Positions 37,640 through 49,894 of a stretch of DNA of 64,000 nt are shown here, in pieces; the first letter of the stretch is position 1, and each line of letters starts with the position of its first letter. The position numbers and the translations under genes are program-made. Source of the DNA: Octopus bimaculoides (lineage: Eukaryota); NCBI RefSeq assembly GCF_001194135.2, contig NC_069001.1:33005979-33069978 (forward strand), given 5' to 3'. The notes beneath the pieces were generated by a model. The model made no database searches and had not been told where the DNA came from. It saw only the letters and a program-made list of their open reading frames with translations.

Positions 37640-38990
37640 ATATTTTTTGATAATAAGATAGGCAATAGAAAAATCTGTTGCAGTATAATAGTCTGGTCTT
37701 CTTTAGCTGCAAGGTGACCCATCAGCTCATTGTACTATTCAACTTGTAGCTGAGATTGCTTGTTTCTTACAAACTGGATGCAAGATGATAGCAGTAGAAC
37801 TCTTGAATTGTAATCTTATTTTGAACAAAGGTTATTATTCTTCAACATGCTACCTATCATTGTGCCAACCCAGTTCACCATTGAGAAATAAGAATGTAAC
37901 ACATTGGGTCAAGATGACAAGATATATATATGACCCTTGTTGCAGTGGTGTATTACTTGATGAATTATCATATTGATATCTCTTTTCTAGAGGGTCTCCT
38001 TTTCAACAATAAACACAGTAGTAATTTCATTACATGAAGTACTGGTAAAAAAAATTGTACTCTCTGATGTGAAGACCTCATTTGAAGTTCTGGTTTTATT
38101 TATGGGAAAGTGTGTTTTCTTCAAGTTGAAGTTCTTGCAATTGTCAAACACATATTTTTATATAGTTGTGAAAAATCATAATTTCTTGTATTGTGCTCAT
38201 CACAATAAATAAACTTGCTGAATTTTGAGATGCTTCCGTCTGGAAATGTAAAACATCATTAGCTTCACTAATATAATATCATGTTGGTTGATCATTTTCT
38301 GAGCTCAGCATAGAGAAGGAGAATGATAAGATTTTCTAAAACAATAAAATCACTTTCTGGTGCAGTAACTGCAGAACTTATAATTTTGGATATTGTTCCT
38401 GAAATTATTAGCTTTCTTATTGTTTGCATCAAAGAGTAGTTTGAATTCATCAGGATAAGGCTATAAATGAGCAAGTCATATTTTACTATAATGGTAACAA
38501 CAATTTAGAAGGCTCAGAAATGAGCCTCAAATTCACACAGTAAAGATAGTATCTATTCATTTCTCCAATATTATTTGGTTCAACAGTGACTCATTCACTC
38601 TGATATAATATAAAACACCAAACCATCTCTGATAACTTCTTTTTAAAAGAAATTCTCAAATTAAGCAACTATTCTTTGTTTGTGTTTTCTTGTTGTACTT
38701 GAATCCTTTCATGAAATCTTTCCTGATATTGTGCCTGTTAATCTTCATTCATTTTACTTTGTTGTACCTATCGCTCTTGTCACATATAATCAGTTTGTTG
38801 TTCACCATTCATGTCTTTCTCAAAGCCTGTTGACTTTCTCTTTTGATACTGTATCTTGCGCATTTGTGTTCACTCCTGTCAGCTTCCCTTATCTGTTGAT
38901 TTTGGTCTTTCTCTTATTTCCTGTCTTTGTTCTCTCTTCTTTTGCCTTCTCATTTTTTTCTCTTGTTGCTTCAAATCCTCAATTTTGTTC
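37640..38990 (-). mobile_element. Helitron Rep-helicase N-terminal pseudogene fragment
   Basis: Minus strand, with frameshifts: TSCNEITTVF...KRDI; HLDPMCYIL/FLNGELGWH (YDPLQYPLLFPxGExGWH motif); QFYCYHLA; RNKQSQLQVE*YNELMGHL; upstream Q/E/R-rich repeats. Confidence 0.8.
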
Positions 38991-39399
38991 CACCATAAAA
39001 GTTGTTTAAATGGGAAGTGAGAATATAATTAATGTGCAAACATTTTGCAGAGATGTAAAAGAGATAATAAAAGATAACAAGAAGTTGGAGTATCTTTCTT
39101 ACTGTTTGCTGCCCCATGAAATTAAAAGTATTTATCTTGCCAAAAGTAAAGCTCTTTTTGCTTCGCAAGAATGTAAATTTTTTCCTAGAAAATGAAATTA
39201 CAAAGGAACAACAAACATTATTTAACAGTGATAATAAAGAAAATAGTGGACAGCAGAACACCAGTTGGATAATATATGCATCCAGTGGGATGAAAGCATA
39301 TTAATTGCTGTGAAGCTGTGTAAGATAAAGAAATAAATTAAGCAATGTGAGACACATGTAAGAGACAGTATCTCCTAGTAAGAGCTGACTCAGACTGTG

Positions 39400-39566
39400 A
39401 CAACCTGTCTAGTTCAGGTAGTGATTCAGCGATAAGAGCAAGGTCATCAGCATAGAGGAGCTCCCAGGGGCAGCCTGTCTTGAATTCCTCTGTTATTGCC
39501 TAGAGGACTATGATGAACAAGAAAGGGTTGGGGACTGATCCTTGGTGAACCCCTACTTGTACCCTG
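39400..39566 (-). mobile_element. RTE LINE RT core fragment
   Basis: VQVGVHQGSVPNPFLFIIVL*AITEEFKTGCPWELLYADDLALIAES (QG and YADD motifs). Confidence 0.9.
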
Positions 39567-40153
39567 TCTTAAACTGCAATAAGTAGTTGTAAAAAAAATA
39601 TATTTTTATCTTTTTAATCTGCTAGATATTGATCTTCTTCACTAAATTTTTTTTATAATGGTGGGATAACTTGAAGAGGTCAAAACATCTGTCTGGTTGG
39701 ACATTATTGGTTGGCATAATTATTTAGTAGTATCAATGCCATAGATAACACAGCATCCCCAAGTATCTGGTGGACTAATTTCTGTTTTTCATCCTTTGGC
39801 TTATTTTCTTCTCTTTAGTAAATTCAATAGGTGTTATCTGATATGAGATCAACCTAAGTAGGCTAGAACTGGAGTATTTATGGATTATAGTTACATTTAA
39901 ATGTTGGAAAATAAGCCTTACACTTAAGCCTAGCAGATCAATTTTGTGTGAAGTTGGTTTTTAACTTAACTGACACAAGTTTCTTCTTTATATGAATAAG
40001 TTTCAATTGGTGAAATTATATATTTTTGAAAATTAAATTGATACTAATTCTTACAAAGTTTTCTGTTCTTTCGTTTTTTTTTTGACAGTTTTGAAAGTAA
40101 AGGATGGGATTTAGCTAATTGAAATAAGCTAATAATATTACTGATACATTTAA

Positions 40154-40330
40154 GGTGACAAGCCGGCGGAATCATTAGCATGCTGGGCAAAATGCTTAGC
40201 AGCATTTCATCTGTCTTTATGTTCTGAGTGACTTTCATCTTTTTGGGGTTGACAAAATAAATACCAGTTGAGTACTGGAGTCACCAAAATTCCTGGCCTT
40301 GTGTCAAAATTCGAAATCAATATTATTGTT
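40154..40330 (+). mobile_element. SINE family B, internally deleted
   Basis: ggcggaatcattagcatgctgggcaaaatgcttagc...ggggttgacaaaataaataccagtt...ccttgtgtcaaaattcgaaa. Confidence 0.8.
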
Positions 40331-41140
40331 CAAAGTAAAAATAATCAGAGAGAACTTGGAGAAGGAGGAAACTGAAGCTTTTAGTCTAGAGCTCTATTAT
40401 TTCTGTAAACTCAGCATCCTTGCTTTATAATAGAATATTAAAACAGTGAATATTTTTTTCATTTTCAAATAGGTTTTTCGCAATCAGCCAATGATCATTA
40501 ATACTATATTTATGCTAATCCATTGATGAGCTAAGTTTGTGATTTAGCATTCACTCCTATTTGTAACCAGTTCAATGAGTTCAGTTACATGACTAATATG
40601 CTCAAGAAAATTTTTTAAATTATGATACACAACCTTATATTGAACTTTGGGACTTGTTTTTAAGTGAAGGTTTATGATTTTGTATCTTACAAAGTTTGAT
40701 AACTAAATGCAAATATTAAACGGTAATAATTAAAATAGTTTACACAGCACCATTTTTTGTGAGAGTTTGAATTGTTGAACTACTCATGATGATAATTCTA
40801 TGAAGAATTTCTCAAAACACATTTCTCAAGGAAATATATAATGTTATGAAATAAATAGTCAAATTGTTCATCAAATTAAATATCATCATCATTTAATGTC
40901 CACTTTCCATGCTTGCATGGGTCAGATGAAATTTGTTGAAGCAGATTTTCTACAGCGAGATGCCCTTACTGTTACTTACCCTCATTTGTTTTTAAGCAAG
41001 ATTATATTTTCCATGGCCAGACACATGTTTTTACCTTCAAAGACTGGAAGCAAACAACATTGCTTGCATAATGGTGATACTCATTTACAACTATCACATG
41101 TCAAGACAAGACAAGACACACGCACACACACACACACACA

Positions 41141-41297
41141 CACAGAGGCTTCTTTCAGTTTTCATCTGCCAATCCACTTACAAGGGTTTTGTTGGCCTGA
41201 GACTATATAGAAGACACCTGCCCATAGTGTTACGCAGTGGGGCTGATCCCAAGACAACATGGCTGGGAAGCAAGCTTCCTAACCATACAGCCATGTC
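41141..41297 (-). mobile_element. SINE family A head/core
   Basis: Homologous to 22790-22940. Confidence 0.8.
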
Positions 41298-42518
41298 AAT
41301 GTCTTATATATATATATATATATGTATATATTCAAACTCTTAAACTTCAGGCTTTGTAACTCTTCAAAGAAGTGTTTCTATATAATACATATATTTATAG
41401 TTTTGTGGAAATTTCCCATGGGATTTATATGTTTAAACTTTCTTATGAATTATATGCTAATGACATTAGTATTAAACACTGTGAGAAAGATCTACTTCAT
41501 TTAAATTTCTCACTTGATTAAATATGTATCTATATAGTATTGGGGTGGTACTTCTCATAATATCTGATAATGAAAATATGACTGATTTAAAACAGATTAA
41601 AGCATTCATCAATATATCTAACCATACTCTAGTTTACGGTGAATCTTAAATGAATACATGAAGGACTATTATTGAAGAATTCATTGTCCTGTAAGGAAAA
41701 TTTTCACCTTGACTTTCCAAGATGCTCACTTGCCAGCTAAATCTATTGGGTTCAAAGCTTTATGGCATCTTGTTTGTTGCTTCATGTTTTTCATTTGTAA
41801 AATTAATTGGAGTTAGCTTTGCTTTCTATCCTTCTATGATTGATAAAATAATACCAGTGTGTTACTTTCGATTATTGTGATCATTACATTTCAGTTTCTT
41901 GTAAAAAATAATTTTATGTCTGTGTCAAATATCCCTCTACAGATTTAATTTCTTGTGAAGTTGAACTCACAAGATAATTTTTAGTTGGAATGAGATGACA
42001 TGCACTGTTAATATTTTGAATATCATAAACATTAAAACCTCATTTTCCTAGAGCAATTCTAAGGTTTCATACCCATATTGAAATAATCAGTTTTATTATT
42101 ATTTACTCTTTGCCTTTAAATCTGTGGCTTTTTCTTACGTAAGAAAATAATATTTCAGTCATATGTTTCTGCAGTACCACAGAACTTTACTTCACTTCAT
42201 ACATCTTGATCTAAGACTGACTCTATATAAAACTGAATTTATTTGCTTAACAAACCATTTGAATAAGAATTGAAATAGAGAATTAAACTGGTTACTACTA
42301 TGAAATATTTTAATTCTTTAGTGTTCTAAATTCAGCTCCAATAATGGTCAACTTTATACTCTATTTCTAGGATTGATAAAATAAATATAATTGAAATTAT
42401 TGAATAAGCAAACTTTTAGGATATAAATTTAATGGTTATGAATTCATTGTTGCAGATATTTTGATATATCATTGGGCATGCTTCACAAAATATTTTAAAC
42501 TCTTTGCCTTTCATATCT

Positions 42519-42666
42519 ATCATCATCATCATCATCATCATCGTTTAACGTCCGCTTTCCATGCTAGCATGGGTTGGACGATTTGACTGAGGACTGGTGA
42601 AACCGGATGGCAACACCAGGCTCCAGTCTGATTTGGCAGAGTTTCTACAGCTGGATGCCCTTCCTA
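42519..42666 (-). mobile_element. RTE-type 3' end with (CAT)n tail, little diverged (CpGs retained)
   Basis: catcatcatcgtttaacgtccgctttccatgctagcatgggttggacg...ctggatgcccttccta. Confidence 0.85.
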
Positions 42667-42830
42667 TCTATGTTAGTAATATATGACAATGTTGCTGAGG
42701 ATGCTACTATTGATAAAATGTCATCATATATTGGGCAGTTCATTTTTGTTTGCTTCACAGTATTGAATAATATGTTGAATATACAACTAAATACTGGGCT
42801 TATGAGTTTTAAAAAACCTACTGGAAACTG

Positions 42831-42990
42831 GTATGGCTGTGTGGTTAAATGGTTCACATCCAAACCACATGGTTTCAGGTTCAGTCTCACTGTACAGCAC
42901 TTTGGGTAAGTGTTTTCTCTTATAGCCCTAGATTGACCAAAGCCTTGTAAATAAATTTGGTTGACAAAAACTGAAAATTTGTCATGTGTG
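42831..42990 (+). mobile_element. SINE family A head/core
   Basis: tggctgtgtggtt...ggttcagtctcactg...gaccaaagccttgt...aactgaaa. Confidence 0.8.
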
Positions 42991-43791
42991 TGTGTCTTGG
43001 GGGTGGGGTATAGTATTTGTTCCCATTTGAGATCTGTGAAAGCTACTATGAGTGATGTTGTTGTCTCTTCTGTCATTAAATCACCCACTTGCTTTGCGCC
43101 TTTGAAGATGTGTGAAAGAAGACAAAAAAAACATCTTATTTGAGATATGAGAAAGGGTTAGTGATACAAAAAGACATTTGGCTGTAAAACAATGCCTCAA
43201 TAATATATTCATCTAACCCATGCTATTATGAAAAACGGATATAAAACAAATGAAAGAACATATAAATATATGTGTGTGTTACTTATCAACTATGCTGACA
43301 ACAGAACATAAAAGCAGGTCTGGGCAAAGGATAGAATGCTTTTGAAGGGGCCAAGAAAGGAGCATTTGCCCTGTGTCCTTTTCCCTTTGAGTGGATAATT
43401 AATTCTGCTTTAATTCACTTTAACTATGGGAAATGGATATCAGATCTTTTGAGAATGTTTTCGGAAATAGATTACATCATATACAGGTATAGGATTGAAG
43501 TCTGTTTCCCTTCGCACATGACAGTTTTGAGCTACAACCAAATTTATAACTTATAAGAGCTCTTGGAAATAATATTTATCTCTTTATTTGTTAACATTCT
43601 GAACTTGAACTGGCCTACATATTTTCATTCAAATCATCATTGTCCTGGAGTGAACAAATGAGAGCGAGGCATACATTATATGCCTATGGGTAGAAATCAA
43701 GAAAGCATGAAAATCTTTGGGTGTAGCTAACTGTAAATTGTACTAATCCTTTTTTTCATTTATTTACTTTGTTCTTTTTTCCTTTTCCCAG

Positions 43792-44019
43792 GTAACTTTG
43801 TACTTGGAAATGCAAAGTCCGATGGCCTACCAGTTGTGTACTGCTCAGAAGGATTCTTTGAGATTACTGGCTTCCGACGAAGCCAAGTAATTGGCAAGCG
43901 GTGTAGTTGCAGTTTCCTCTATGGAGCCCTTACAAAAGAGGAATCAAAGCAAAAGGTTGAAGATGCTCTTATCTATCAACAGGAAACGAAAGTCAATATC
44001 TGCCTTTATACCAAATATG
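43792..44019 (+). CDS. Elk: KCNH/Elk-like K+ channel exon 2, PAS (eag) domain N-part: (G)NFVLGNAKSDGLPVVYCSEGFFEITGFRRSQVIGKRCSCSFLYGALTKEESKQKVEDALIYQQETKVNICLYTKY
   Basis: Long polypyrimidine tract + CAG acceptor (43789-43791), donor G|GTAAGT at 44020; 228 nt, phase 1-1, open frame. Motifs NFVLGNA, PVVYCSxGF and CSCxFLYG match KCNH PAS domains. Confidence 0.93.
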
Positions 44020-44239
44020 GTAAGTGATTTTTCATTACAGTTTGAAACATTGATATTCTTTTGATTGGTTTTCTTATTTAAATCATATCTACATTGTAAT
44101 ATAATTTGAAAAAATAAGTAACTGCTCTAGAGTATTCTACATTGAATTCTTACCTGAAGGCAGTCAGTTATGAGACAACTGTCAAATAAGATGGATTGAT
44201 TCTCATTTTTAAATGTTTTGTTTTAATATTTGCATATTT

Positions 44240-44602
44240 TCTACTTGTTTCAGTCACTAGACTGCAGCCATGCTGGGGCACTACCTTGGAGAATTTTTAG
44301 TCAAATGAAACGACTTCAGGATTTATTTTTTTTCAAGTCTAGTCCTTATTCTGTTGGTTACTTATGCTGAAATGCTAAATTTCAGGGAATTTAAACACAC
44401 CAACACCGGTTGTCAAGTGGTGGTCGGGGACAAACGCAGACACAAAAGCACACACACACGCACACACATATAGACACATACATACGATGGGCTTCTTTCA
44501 GTTTCCATCTCCGAAATCCACTCACAAGGCTTTGGTTGACCCAAGTCTATAGTAGAAGATACTTGCCCAAGGTGCCACACAGTGGGACTGAACCTGGAAC
44601 CA
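44240..44602 (-). mobile_element. SINE family A, near full length
   Basis: Same modules as 22545-22940. Confidence 0.88.
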
Positions 44603-44620
44603 AGCAAGTAGTATTGCTGA

Positions 44621-44654
<34 letters not shown>

Positions 44655-45643
44655 TTTTTGTCAGAAGGTCGCAGATCATGAAATACTTGAAAGCTATCTG
44701 TCTGTCTGTCTGTCTGTCTATGGTATGGCTGTGTGATTAAGAAGTTCACTTTGAAGCCCAGTAGACAAATAAACCCTTTTTAAATTAATGATTCAGCATG
44801 AAAATGAAAATAATCTATCAAAGACAATTTCGTTTTTTGAGCAGGTATGTGTAAAACAAATTTAATCTGCCTGTATATTTGTACATCATAATGCAGGAAA
44901 CCTCTATAGATTAAACAGAATCTGTACTTTATTGATTAATCAAATGCCATATTACTTCATCAAAGGCCTTTCGATAGAATGTAGCACACCCAACGAATGA
45001 TTAAAGAAGATCAGAATTGATAGCAATGACTTTCAACTAATCACTCTCCTGAACTTGGGACAAAAGATAGACATCAGCATTTTACAAGAATATACTCTAT
45101 TTATAAATGTGAAAAGAAAAGTTAACTACAGCTCCTTACTGTGTACCGTCTTCTTACCTTGTCAATAAGTATTTCAAATACATGTTTAAAGAGATAATGT
45201 AAAAATGATTCTCATAAATGTGGGTGGAAGGTCTACATTCATACCCCACTGTCACCACCAACACAAAAAAAAAAAATGTTAATTACCATGCAGTCACACC
45301 TGCATCTATTTGTCTAGTGAAAAAAAAACCCAAACAAAAAACAAAAATAAGAAATGTTTTTTATTGTTAATTATTCCTGTCTTTGCTGTAAATCAATTTG
45401 GAGATTATTTGGTGTGTTACATAATTTTTCAAATAAATTGTTTGATTTTTTACTTACAAAATTCATGGCTCACTACATGTAGTATGTTAGTGTACACTTT
45501 TGTGTTTTTCATGCAGAAGATGTCCCTGGGTAACTTTTCATCCTCATTCTTTTGACAAATATTAGCATTGTTATTCATGGAAGTATACGACTTCTCCTAA
45601 TTCTCACTTTACAGTGATAAAATATTATAACCTGTCTTTTCAG

Positions 45644-45769
45644 GAAATCCATTTTGGTGTCAGGTGGAAATCATTCCAATCACAAATGAAAACCAAGAAG
45701 TAGTTCTTTTCTTAGTATCTTTTTACCAGAACATGCCAAATGACCAAAATATAGAATCCGAAATCACAG
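45644..45769 (+). CDS. Elk: KCNH/Elk-like exon 3, PAC part of PAS: (G)NPFWCQVEIIPITNENQEVVLFLVSFYQNMPNDQNIESEIT
   Basis: CTGTCTTTTCAG acceptor, CAG|GTATTT donor, 126 nt, phase 1-1, in frame with exon 2; matches the KCNH G.PFWC...I.PI.NE...VVLFL.SF motif. Confidence 0.92.
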
Positions 45770-46486
45770 GTATTTATAAGAATTTTCTCAAATTTTCAAT
45801 GCACCATATCTCAGTGTTATCTACAAGCCTGGTTTGAAGGTAAAAGATAACAAAACAATGCAAATGTATGAAAATATTAATGGACTAAACAGAACAGGAA
45901 GAAACACATGGGATGGAGAGTTGCTGAAGAGGTCACAAGATGTATGATGTAAGATGTCAAAGGACACTAAAATAATAAAAATAATAAAACTGAATTGAAA
46001 ACCAAGTATATAATGTGTGTGTGTGTGTGCGTGTGTGTGTGATTAATTGGCAAAAATATAACTATCCCCAAATATAACAAAATATTAATAGTTATTTGAA
46101 ATCTGAATTTTATATAAGGCGTAGTCTTAATTTGAAGATTAATCAAATTGATTTTGAGGAAAGGGCACTAATAATGAGACATACTAACGCACAGCCTATT
46201 CTTAAATGTTCATTAAAGTCTGGATGTTTGATTTGGTCATAAATTCAAATCTCCACAACCATCATCACCACCACCACCACTATTCCCATGACCACTACCA
46301 CCATTGTGCTGATTCTTTTCATTATCCAATTTCTCTCTCAGCTTGCACATTGCTCTTCTTACATGTTGATATTTAATGGTTTAAACTTAACTAATTTCTC
46401 TCCAACCCTTGCAAATCTATATTTAATGCTTTTCTCACCATGATGCAGCATCATATTTCTTATTCATGCTCCATACAGTCTACCTT

Positions 46487-46529
<43 letters not shown>

Positions 46530-46647
46530 CCATTTAACAACAGAGGAAACAGCTTCTCAAACTTCTTCATAGCTTTTCTTACTCTAGTTACAATAATCAC
46601 ATTATAATGACTTTCAGCACCAATTACACCACAGAGATTATAGAAAC

Positions 46648-46883
46648 AGTTGTTGTTGTTGTTTAACCCTAAGGCAACCATGAATAAGCAGACTTATGAT
46701 CAAAGGCCTCCTAGCCATCAACATCCTGATTATTTTCAGGCCAGAGTATTCAACACAGCTTTCTTTTTAAGTTTTAAGAGAGAATTGACTGTTATCTCTA
46801 GACGACCAAGCTACCACATGTATGCTCTCTAGCTGGCTTCAAATAACAGATATTAGAATCTCTCTACTATGATCCGACCTAAC
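46648..46883 (-). mobile_element. Interspersed repeat with (AAC)n tail
   Basis: ttgttgttgttgtttaaccc...gatcaaaggc; reverse-orientation relative of 29410-29620. Confidence 0.6.
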
Positions 46884-49381
46884 AGTGTATAAACTTCATT
46901 CCATGGATTCTGTTGTGAAATTTAAAATCCAGGTTTCTTGTTAGCCTTCAGTGTACCTATTGCTTGCATGTCTTGTTTACCTGTTGATTATATTGTATAT
47001 TCAGTATTAGTTCTTACCTACTCCTTTTTTGTGTGTGTACAAAAGTATTCTTAGATGACAGTGAGATCTTGTGCTTTTTCTCAGTAACTAACACTTTGGT
47101 GTTTGCTATTTTGAATTTTAACCTTTTGATGCTTGACCATTCTTTTAGTTTGGGAATGTTTACAGCTATTTCTTGACAACTTCTACAATGAGAAATGGGC
47201 CATCAATATATAAGATAGTAAAGCTGCTGTTGTTATTGTCCCAAGAACTACAGTGAATAAAAAGGACTTAGGACAAACCTCATGGCTGAAGGAAATAATG
47301 ACACAGGAATACTTTGTGTACTAAATGCAAATACAGTAGGATCTCACATATGTAATACATTGATTGGAAAAAATGTAATTAACTGTGATTAGCAAAGAAA
47401 TTACTTGACATAAATTCTCACTAAGACATTTTTATCTTGTAAAAAGTTATGTTGTAAATTGTGCAGTCAATTTCTTGCTAATATGGAGTGCGTTCACCAC
47501 ACCATCAAACATAGCTTCAACTGTTTTCAAAAACCATATGTAAATAATAGAGAGTTATCTTCTGGTAAGGATGTATTTTGTACTTGCCCCACTAGAAATA
47601 TTATAACTGAGGTTTTAATTCCAAACTCAACTGTATTAAAACTGACCTTATTTTGTACTGAATTCACAATGAATCTCTCAAAAATAAACAATCACATCAT
47701 TGAAATTTCAAAGCTATGAGATAATGCATGATTAATTAAAAACAATATGAATAAATAAGTTTTACATTTGACAGAGTTAATATTTCTCACGTCTTAGAAA
47801 GTAGATTTAGAAAAGGCATCTAAGTGTGGAATATTATTAAATTGATTAAAGAGACACTTCACTTGTAAGAAATTAAAGATCTGAACAATACTTTCATAAA
47901 GGGAATAAAACGTGTTAAGTAGCAGCATATTGGCAGTAGTTATTATTGTAGCTGGTTGAACAGGCTGTGAGTTTGTAGAAATGGTTTAACGTATTTAGTC
48001 TTGGTAATTATTATGTTGGCTTCGTCTCTTCCAAACTCTGGGTTAAACACTTTTCTCAATATTTTCTTCCCAGAAATGTGACATCTGAAATGCTCTCTCT
48101 GCCAAATTATCTTTGCTTTCTCTACAGGCTTCAAACCTCAAAAGTTCAAGTTAAACATACAACTGCATTAACCTTACCAGTCTAAGAAGACCTTCAAATG
48201 TTATGTGGCATGTCCCTCTTTCTTGTGATAGAATATATAGAATATATATATCTTACAAAGTTTGGCATTTTGCCTCATCAAAAGAAATCATTATTATAAC
48301 TGGTTGAAATGTTTGCTTTCAAAGAAGCATAACAAAAAATACGGATTATGTTCCATTCTTTCTTTACTAAAGTAAGAGAAATCAGTGATAAGCGAGGACA
48401 CAAACTGTGATTCTACAATTTCATGATAACATCAGTCTAAACTTTAGTACATAGCCAGAAATGGTTCTTGTAATGAGAGTCAAAATAGCACAAGTTAAAC
48501 TTAGTGTGCTGAAATATCTCTCAGAAAAAACTTTTAATAAATGTACTTAATAAATGTTTACAAAGACTTACGAAATACATTGGTGTTAATCAAAGGGTAA
48601 ATGGTAATTAAAAAAAAATCTTGTTTTAGAATGAAATGACGTCAAAAATGAATGTAACCTTGCCAAAAATCCACCACTGCAATATTTTCAGGTTTCTATC
48701 ATGTCTATAATGATAGACATGATAGACCGAGACAAACAAAAATAGCAAAAGTAAAGAATTTCTATGCCACGTGTAATGTATGTTACCTTAGCTATCAACA
48801 TATTTATCTTCACTTATAGTAATTTTTCGAAAGATATGTGTTGGGCCCAATAAGGAAACTGCCACCTATCAAAAGCATAGAGGATGAAGGTTAGTGCTGA
48901 CAGAAGTGTGTGACTCACTAGATTTGGGTAAAAGATATCCTAGCATGTAAATATTTGCTTACACTAAATATATCTTGGGTAGGAGGCTCAGTAATTTCTT
49001 CTCTGTTAGATTTTTATACCCTTTTAGTAAGTAATCTATAGAAAAATTCAACTGCTGTGTAAAACAGCATACAGGAAGACTGAAAATTAAGTGGGAATGT
49101 AATGATTCTTTAGCAATTACTGAAACATGTTCCCTCATTAGTGAATTGCTATTTACAAAAACGATTTTCTTGAATGATTGAATCTCAGTTTAAGTGCAAT
49201 TTATTAAAAGTTGTGACTCTCTATATCAATACAACATGTTTATATATATTGGTGTTACTTTCATGTGTGGGTGGTTTACCAGCAAAAAGGATTCAATTTA
49301 TAGGCAGTTTATAGTTGTCAATAGTAATATTCAAATTATTTTGGGGTAATCATTTTTATTTCAGAGGTTATATCTCTAGAG

Positions 49382-49894
49382 CAGAGGTCACCAAGCCTTT
49401 TACATGGCGGGCCAAATAACTGTGGGAATGACGAGCGTGGGCCGCATAACCATTCTGTTCGATACAATACAGTGAATACACAAAAAATAAAGACAACCAG
49501 CATATTTATTTACTAAAAAGTTATCAAAGAAGGCAACGTTAGCAATAAGATAGTTATACCACACCCAGTGCACACAAATCCGAATCTCACAAACGAAGCA
49601 GCAAAAAGGATTGGTGGGATTTGGTGTTTAGCTTTTAAGATATCAATATTTGCTTTGGAATTGCTGCATCCAACCAACAGAATTGCTTTCAAATGTTCAT
49701 CAGTCAACTTCATTTGATGTGCTGACTTCACATCCTTCCTTATTGAAGATGTTTGTGCACAGACATAAATTGCTCCAAAGGTTGATGCCATACCAGAAGC
49801 AAATGAACTCTCATTGCAGCTACTTACACAAAAGGTACAGTGCAACAGCAGGCCAGATGAACTGACCTCATGGGTCGTAGTTTGGTGACCCCTG
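49382..49894 (-). mobile_element. Internally deleted hAT (Charlie/SPIN-like) element with intact ends
   Basis: TIRs cagaggtcaccaa / ttggtgacccctg; perfect 8-bp TSD CTCTAGAG (49374-49381, 49895-49902); minus strand FASGMASTFGAIYVCAQTSS...VKSAHQMKLTDEHLKAIL (hAT dimerisation domain). Confidence 0.92.

Noticed and set aside
43880-43925. GKRCSCSFLYG resembles the LOV photoreceptor motif GRNCRFLQG
   Set aside because: It lacks the NCRFLQ signature; the whole exon, intron phases and downstream exons fit a KCNH PAS domain, where CSCxFLxG is normal.
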